From Macrostomum lignano (taxonomy: Eukaryota): 64,000 nt of DNA. Both the position numbers and the translations under genes were made by a program. Of the stretch, positions 56,469 to 64,000 are shown piece after piece; within the stretch, counting starts at the first letter, position 1, and each line of letters starts with the position of its first letter. The notes beneath the pieces are model-generated. The model made no database searches, was not told the DNA's origin, and was given only the letters and a program-made list of their open reading frames with translations. The stretch is taken from assembly GCA_002269645.1 (NCBI GenBank), contig NIVC01000136.1, positions 1 to 64,000 of the forward strand, in the 5' to 3' direction.

Positions 56469-58657
56469 ATGGCCGACCCAGAGCTGCTGGACTATGATGA
56501 TGAGGAGCAGGAGGCTGAGGCCGGAACCAACGTTGCCAAGGTATCGGAAGGCAAGAAGGCAGGTCACAAGGGCTCCTACGTGACAATCCACAGCTCAGGA
56601 TTCAGGGACTTCCTGCTGAAGCCGGAGCTGCTGCGGGCCATCGTGGACTGCGGCTTTGAGCACCCCAGCGAGGTGCAGCACGAGTGCATTCCGCAGGCCA
56701 TCCTGAGCATGGATGTGCTCTGCCAGGCCAAGTCAGGCATGGGCAAAACTGCCGTGTTTGTGCTGGCCACTCTGCAGCAGCTGGATAGCGTTGATGAGGC
56801 CGAGCCGAGGGTTCTTGTGCTGTGCCACACCAGAGAGCTGGCCTTCCAGATCTCCAAGGAGTACGAGAGGTTCTCCAAGTACATGCCGGGGGTGAACATT
56901 AGCGTGTACTTTGGCGGAGTGCCGGTCAAGAAGGACATCGAAGCGCTGAAGAAGTCGATGCCCCACATCGTTGTTGGCACACCTGGCAGGGTGCTCGACC
57001 TCGTGCGCAACAAAGCGCTGAGCCTGAAGTCCGTGAAGCACTTTGTGCTGGACGAGTGCGACAAGATGCTGGACCAGCTGGACATGCGCAGGGATGTGCA
57101 GGAGATCTTCAAGATGACGCCTCATCAGAAACAGGTGATGATGTTCAGCGCCACGCTGAGCAAGGAGATCCGGCCAATCTGCAAGAAGTTCATGCAGGAC
57201 CCGCTGGAGATTTACATCGATGACGAGAGCAAGCTGACCCTTCACGGACTCAAGCAGCACTACCTGAAGGTGAAGGAGAATGAGAAGAACCGCAAGCTGT
57301 TTGAGCTGATCGACGTTCTGGAGTTTAACCAGGTGAGAACAAAGCGGACTGGCAGCTGGGGTCTGCACAGATGAGGCTTGCTCAGCAATGCAGACAGCTG
57401 CTGACTCAGTGAGCACAGATGAGGCCTGCTCAGCAATGCAGACAGCTGACTCAGTGAGCACAGATGAGGCCTGCTCAGCAATGCAGACAGCTGCTGACTC
57501 AGTGAGCACAGATGAGGCCTGCTCAGCAATGCAGACAGACAGCTGACTCAGTGAGCACAGATGAGGCCTGCTCAGCAATGCAGAGAGCTGACTCAGTGAG
57601 CACTGATGAGGCCTGCTCAGCAATGCAGACAGCTGGTGACTCAGTGAGCACAGATGAGGCCTGCTCAGCAATGCAGAGAGCTGACTCAGTGAGCACAGAT
57701 GAGGCCTGCTCAGCAATGCAGACAGCTGGTGACTCAGTGAGCACAGATGAGGCCTGCTCAGCAATGCAGACAGCTGGTGACTCAGTGAGCACAGATGAGG
57801 CCTGCTCAGCAATGCAGACAGCTGGTGACTCAGTGAGCACAGATGAGGCCTGCTCAGCAATGCAGACAGCTGCTGACTCAGTGAGCACAGATGAGGCCTG
57901 CTCAGCAATGCAGACAGCTGCTGACTCAGTGAGCACAGATGAGGCCTGCTCAGCAATGCAGACAGCTGGTGACTCAGTGAGCACAGATGAGGCTCAGCAA
58001 TGCAGACAGCTGACCTGCCGGCCCCAATTCCCGCAGGTGATCATCTTCGTCAAGTCCGTGCAGCGCTGCATGGCTCTGTCGCAGCTGCTTGTTGAGCAGA
58101 ACTTCCCCGCCATCGCCATCCACCGCGGCATGAATCAGGAGGAGCGGCTGGAGAAGTACCAGAGCTTCAAGAACTTCGAGAAGAGGATCATGGTGGCCAC
58201 GAACTTGTTCGGCAGAGGCATGGACATCGAGCGGGTGAACATCGTCTTCAACTACGACATGCCCGAGAACTCGGACACCTACCTGCACAGGGTGAGCAGC
58301 TGGGATGATGGGGAATCTCGGACACTTACCTGCACAGGGTGAGCAGCAGGGATTATGGCATCTCGGACACTTCATAAACCTAAATTTTTGGTTTTAAGCA
58401 CAAAAATGCACAGAAATGTATTACTGGCTACTTTCCAATTCTCTCAGTAGTGCAGTTCGGACACGCAATCTAAATTATTTCCAATCTCTTCCCAGGTGGC
58501 CCGCGCAGGCCGTTTCGGCACGAAGGGCCTGGCCATCACCTTCGTGTCTGACGAGGCCGACGTGAAAATCCTCAACGATGTGCAGAACCGCTTCGAGGTG
58601 AACATCACTGAGCTGCCCGAGGAGATTGAGATCTCGTCCTACATCGAGGGCCGCTAG
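56469..58657 (+). CDS. DDX39: DEAD-box (DECD) RNA helicase UAP56/DDX39 (BAT1/SUB2 orthologue), 3 exons (56469-57332, 58037-58291, 58496-58657), 426 aa
   Basis: [88 protein letters not shown]|[16 protein letters not shown]. Both introns are phase-0 GT-AG; AATAAA at 58760-58765. Confidence 0.97.
57364..58012 (+). repeat. 48-bp (some 45-bp) minisatellite filling DDX39 intron 1
   Basis: GCACAGATGAGGCCTGCTCAGCAATGCAGACAGCTGSTGACTCAGTGA tandem copies. Confidence 0.95.
58271..58370 (+). repeat. 47-bp tandem duplication spanning the DDX39 exon 2/intron 2 donor
   Basis: TCGGACACYTACCTGCACAGG|GTGAGCAGC occurs twice, 47 bp apart; a third partial TCGGACACTT follows. Confidence 0.88.
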
Positions 58658-59653
58658 GCCGCCGACTGGGTGTGTTGCAAGTCAGTCGCTTGCCTAATAA
58701 TAACAAAACTACTTTCTAGTTCCATTTTTTCCGGTGGGTTCGCCAGAGCTGCCTGCTTTAATAAATAGGATGTGTTTGTTATGGGGGTGAACTTAATATA
58801 AATTAATTAGCTTTACATAGCAGTACTTATAATGCAATTGTATCTTGTTTGGCCTGTGCGTTTGTTTTTACTGTCTAATCTGTGTTGGCTTTTTTTACTA
58901 AACATTATCTCTCATAAACTGAAAGTTCTTGTTGTACTTTTAATCTTGTTTTCGTTTTAGTGGCGGCTGCTGTGTAGGCAAAGCCGATGCCCAATTCTAA
59001 AATAAAATAATTTCAAATCGCTCGAGCCCAGCTGGCAGTTTGGCAACTCTAATTGAGTATGAAATTGACAAAAAACTGTATTTATTTTATTTACTATATA
59101 TCTGGTGCAAGCTGTTAAACTGCCAGTCTACAGGATAAAACTTTAAAATAGCAGAGCTTTGGAATGGTTGATTAATTTAAGCAGATATCAGTTTAGGCTT
59201 TAAATTAAACGACTTCGATCATTATGTTTGGTTAGGGGTGTTCAAAAAACAGTGATACTTTTGTTGGTATAGCTTGAATGCAGGGCTCGGCAAACTTAAA
59301 AATAAAAATGTTTGGTCTTTAAAAAGCGGAAAATACGCTCGTAGCAGCTTTAATGTGTCAAAACATCCATTCTGATACGTTGGTTTAAACGTTTAAAAAA
59401 CCCTCGTAAATCAGAATTTTTACTATCGATTTTTATGCGCTAGTTGAGACAACTTGCCATCAATTGAAGACAATTGGCAGACAGAGCCTGATGTCTATGG
59501 CCAAAACTTGTGTTTAGTGGACCCATAGACATGACAACTTAAACGTTCCATAGACAATATGCGCTTACTGATAGAAAATGGGCTCATTATTGCCATAGAC
59601 AATTGAGAAATCAAAGCAGCACACAACTGTTGTTAAAAAAGCTCTCCATTGTT

Positions 59654-62600
59654 TCATTCATAATGATCTAACGCCCGAAGTTTCATCTCAACTCGTCGGA
59701 AATTTTCCTCATCCTGTGTCTCCATGGCAACGCGACCCTGGTCCTTGACAATTTGAAATTGATTCATGCAGAACTGCAAATCGCTTGACCTGTCGCTGTA
59801 GTGAGCCAGAGTGAGCAGCTCCTCCAAGTCGGGGTCCTCTATCAGGTCTGGCAGCCAAGTTTCGAACTTTAATGCTCCACAGTTTTGGAGCAGCTCAGCC
59901 TGAAGACTCCAGCTCAGACAGCGGAAGTTCACGTACAGGTGGGAGGACCGGGGCTGCGACAGCCTGGCTCTGAGCAGCGTCTGCGTGAACTTCGGCAGGA
60001 ATTCAAAGCGAGGCTGTGCGCTGATGGGGAAGCAAAACCTCCATGCCCAGTCCACGCCCAGCGGGCACTTAAAGCTTTTGAGGCCGGATGTTTTGTTCCA
60101 CTGGGTGTGCTGCTCCATCTGCCAGCCTGAGGATATGCTGCAGTACTGCAGGTTAACGCTGATTCTCTTAGCCTTCTCAGTTTCTCCGAACTTCAAGTGC
60201 GTCATGACCATCAGGCACGTGGTGGCGCATCGGCACCACTGCAAGCAGTCCAGATGACCCAGCTGCCTCGTCAGGGTTTCCTTATCGGCGGTGTCTGACT
60301 GCAGCTCTCGCAGGCAGTCGTGAATCATGCTGAAGCCATCGATTAGGTGCTGGCGCGATCTGTAATCTGGCTCTCGAATTTGAGCAGTCACAGCTGGCAG
60401 CGGCTTCAGCGGCAGCAAAGTGAACGGGTGACAATAGAAACAGTCGGACTGCAAAGGCTGCACATGGCTCAGTAGGTGACCAACCACGATATTAATTGCA
60501 TTTCTAAGCTCGTGCAGTCTGCTTCGAACTCTCGTCTTCGTGTCCTTAAAGTGTCTGCCGATGCCAGCATTCTTAAAGTACAACGGGGCGTCCTTCATAA
60601 AAAAGTGCGGCATGCACTCGTCAGGAGAGCGGCTCGAATCAATGAAGCGCAGCATCATTGTGAGCGAATCCTTCAACAGTTGGACGAGATTGTCCGGCTG
60701 CCAGGCTGCAGCGTTGGAGACGCCGTGCTTTTCCAGCATGAAGAAGAGCAGAGTCTTGGCATGGTAGGTCTTCAATCCGGGTGTCGCGAAGTTGTCTGGC
60801 AGAAGGCGCTTGAATATAAATTTGATGATCGTGAACAGCTGGCCCTGAACTGTGCTGAGGTTTCTTAGAATGACCTTCTCTTGGAAGCTGAAACTCAATC
60901 TAAGCTCATTATCCATCTGGGGCCGCGTGGCGCTGACGAGATGCACTTTGCACTTCTCAGCCGACTCCACCAGTTGGATGCCGCCGTCTGTGAAGCCGCT
61001 GCAGCACTGGAATGCGTGGCACCTGTCCTGGGAGGGCCTGACGCCACTGGCTGGGGATCTGACAGCTGGCTGACTGCCTGTGTGAAATTGCATGACCACT
61101 CTGACGCGTTCAGTGCTTCACTTACATATATGATTGTTTCTAAGGATTGCTGTGGCGGTAGTTTCTAATCCGTATGAAATTAGATTGTGCATCTTGTATC
61201 TGACAGGACATTAGAGACATATTGATGTTGTGTTGTGTCTGACGGGACATTAGAGACATATTGATGTTGTGTTGTGTCTGACAGGACATTAGAGACATAT
61301 TGATGTTGTGTTGTGTCTGACGGGACATTAGAGACATATTGATGTTGTGTTGTGTCTGACGGGACATTAGAGACATATTGATGTTGTGTTGTGTCTGACG
61401 GGACATTAGAGACATATTGATGTTGTGTTGTGTCTGACGGGACATTAGAGACATATTGATGTTGTGTTGTGTCTGACGGGACATTAAGGACAACCAGAAT
61501 ATTGAGAAGCCTTTAGCAGTTATCAACAATCAATAATGATCAACTTCCTCGTTCACCCGTACCTGTTCCAACTGGCACCTGCGCGTGGCCCTGTATGACG
61601 GCGAGTTTTCTGGCATCTCTGCACTCGACGCCTCTGTTAGTGCAGCCGCCCTCAAGGTGAAACCGCCTCCCAGAGACCATGACCGTCCAGTCAATGTCCG
61701 AGTCGGCAGCTGTTCTGCCATTCAGCTGCACCAGACTGCTGGCCCAGCCATCAGCGTAGCTGCCCGTCATCTGCCACTCCTCAGGCTTACTGAGCTCCTG
61801 AGCCAAGCCCTCAACCAGGTCAGCCAGCTCCTGCTGACTCCTGGCTCTGGACGCTGTGAATCCCGCATTGCAAAGCTCTTGGTGCAGCTGAACGCTCTGG
61901 TCACGCTCCAGCTCTGCGTCCCGTTGGACTTCGACATCAAGAGGACATTTTATGCTGAAGAAAGGGGAGGTCAGCATTATCGGACTTGTTCATCACCTGA
62001 GCATCTTCACTGAATGATCTGCTCACCTCGCTATCCGACCAGGACAGAACAAATTCAGCACATCCTGATGCTTGAACTTCTCAGCCAGATCCGCGCAGGT
62101 CAGCCCGCGCCCGTCCGCGTGGCTCGGATCGGCGCCCCGGTCTATCAGGCACTTGGCCGCTCGCACGTGGCCGGCCTCGCACGCGTGCGACAGCGCCGTC
62201 CTGCCCAGCTTGTCCTCAGCCAGGACGGACGCACCGTCGCTCAGCAGCTTGCCGACCAGCTGGTGATGTCCGGCATCGGCTGCCAGCATCAGCGCCGTGG
62301 CGCCGCTGTCATCTGGCCAATCAACGTCCTGACGTCCGATCCGAGGGATCAGAATGAGAGCCAGAGCCACGTGACCGCAGGCGATGGAGAGCAGCAGCAG
62401 CTGGGCAATCTCAACCGACTGCATTCTGTCAAGAGTTTGGCTGACAATCCCATCGTCATTGGTGATGGCCTGAGTGGCTAAAAAGTTGAGAGTTGATGGG
62501 TCGCGGAACAGCCACTCGGGCTGGATGCCAACCTCTCGGACCAGCTTAGCTTGGCCTCGGAAAGCCGCCTGGGCGATCACCTTTAAATGATTTTAAGGAT

Positions 62601-64000
62601 AAATGCAGTTTTGCAGAAACAGATACTGTACAAGCGCACTCATTCAGGGTATACAGAGGTTTTGGCTGTCTAATCGTCAGTCATGTATACTCCAAGGACT
62701 ACTAAAGTAGAAGGACGCAACACTCGAAATCTCTGGATAGGATAGGAGGCAGATCCAATGTTCATCTTTTGATATGTCGTGCCATTTTTATTGTTCAATC
62801 GATATTCATAAAGCTTTTCGTTCAGAAAATTAGGATTCTGTGTTAATTTTTTTGTACGTCCATTTCATCATGCACCTAAAAATCATAAAAATGCATGAAT
62901 TTTGAAGCTCGAATCTTTGGTTTTAGGAATCTATTTTATCATCTCTGTTACACATTTTGTTAACACAGTAGTCAGTTAAGAATGACAAAATAGATTCATA
63001 ATAAAACCATGTAATGAGCTGAGCCGTGCCATTTTAATGGTTTTTAGGCACATGACAGATGCAATTGTATGCAGAATAAGAAATTTACACATAATTTGCT
63101 GAAAAATGAACTTCCCATCTCCATACGTATAGTGTACTTTTTGGCGAAAAGTGGCCTTCAAAACTTTTTCCTTGAAACGTGAGTGTCGCGTCCTGGATAT
63201 ACGTTGCTTTAGTTGTCCTTGACACACTGTCTGCGCCTTGGAGGGCGGGTTGGCCTTCATGGGAGTCAACAACCCCCCCCCCCCCAGCTAAGTTTCCTGC
63301 AGAAGCCCCATATGAATGCCTTCTGTTACCTTCTGTTTGCAGTCGTCTTTAACTCGACAGTCCACAATGGAGTTCATGAAGCGATTCGCTATTTGGAGAC
63401 TGCCAGCGCCAGCCGCGGCCGCTGCTGCGCCGACGCGGCAGTGGTCTCGCAGAGACTCGCTCGAGATCAGCCCGATGACAGAGTCGGTCATCTCCACCTC
63501 GCCATTTCTCACCGCTGTGGGAATCGTGTCCCGGTACCACTGATCACTCACTGCGGCGTCGGCTATGAGCCCAGTGTAGAACAGCACCTGTTGCACCTGT
63601 TTCCGCTCCATTGCTCTGCGCGCCGCCACAGCGCAGCAGCGGTTCCTGGTCTCAGGATCGGCGATGACCTTCAGCAGCAGCGGTGTCGCCAGCTGCCAGC
63701 GAGCGGTCGTGGCCAGCAGTTCAACAGTTGTCGCGCACCAGCGATCGCTCTCAGGCCCATCCGGCAGGTGGCGCAACAGAATCTCGGCGCTCTCGATCGG
63801 GCCTCGGGTCAGCGCGAGCTCCGCGGCCTCCCTGTGACACTGCGCTCGCTCCTCCGGCTCGATCAGCTGGCTGACGAAGGTCTGGAAGACTTGCAGATCG
63901 CCCCACTTGGCCGCCGTCAAGGCCAGGCGCTTGCCGCTGCTCCGCCTGCTCTGGGGGTCGCTGATGGATTCGGCCAGGAACTGCGCCACCGACCAGTGGC
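59654..64000 (-). CDS. Ankyrin-repeat + Mab21/cGAS-like nucleotidyltransferase (cGLR-like) fusion protein, 5' end beyond the window; exons >64000-63330, 62580-62027, 61954-61563, 61077-59654
   Basis: Canonical ANK repeats (GATALMLAADAGH, GRTALSHACEAGH, GLTCADLA); NTase signature GS-x20-DID (61764-61690); Mab21 C-lobe motifs VHLV...LRLSFSFQEK, LKTYHAKTLLFF..EK, W...NL, CMPHFF. Intron phases 0/2/1 join all exons in frame; AATAAA on - at 59086-59081. Confidence 0.85.
61200..61485 (-). repeat. 39-bp minisatellite (~7 copies) in the last intron of the cGLR-like gene
   Basis: GACATTAGAGACATATTGATGTTGTGTTGTGTCTGACGG tandem copies on +. Confidence 0.95.

Noticed and set aside
56733-58342. 407-aa antisense ORF and 276-aa sense ORF over DDX39
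   Set aside because: Products of the in-frame 48-bp intronic minisatellite and the antisense shadow of GC-rich codons; the spliced 3-exon model explains the conserved protein fully.
59493-59602. TGTCTATGG/CCATAGACA inverted pair with extra direct copies between DDX39 and the cGLR-like gene
   Set aside because: Only 9-bp matches and no TSD; not enough to call a MITE or regulatory structure.

Overview
Eukaryotic (animal) genomic DNA with GT-AG introns, GC-rich exons, AT-rich introns, TTAGGG-type repeats and many minisatellites. The style resembles a flatworm such as Macrostomum, but this is inference only. No prokaryotic genes, rRNA, intact tRNA or CRISPR arrays were found. (1) 1-27.4 kb is almost entirely rolling-circle (Helitron) DNA: a head-to-tail array of non-autonomous units on + (hairpin+CTCG junctions, embedded TAACCC tracts, long GA tracts); an 11.1-kb full-length Helitron on - (12663-23774) with a 9-exon STPR-OTU-Zn-HUH Rep-Pif1 gene carrying two lesions; and a related + strand element ending at 27398. 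(2) 27.4-47 kb holds micro/minisatellites, a 2-exon secreted WSC+PAN/Apple gene, a young but internally deleted Mag-like Gypsy LTR element (TSD TAATT) with a nested 1190-bp solo LTR, a LINE fragment, a 3.8-kb 16-bp satellite and a TTAA-flanked TIR element. (3) 47-56 kb is AT-rich non-coding DNA. (4) 56.5-64 kb holds DDX39/UAP56 (+, 3 exons) and, convergent with it, a multi-exon gene fusing ankyrin-type repeats to a Mab21/cGAS-like nucleotidyltransferase, running off the window end. All exon boundaries were placed by hand from splice consensus and reading-frame continuity.
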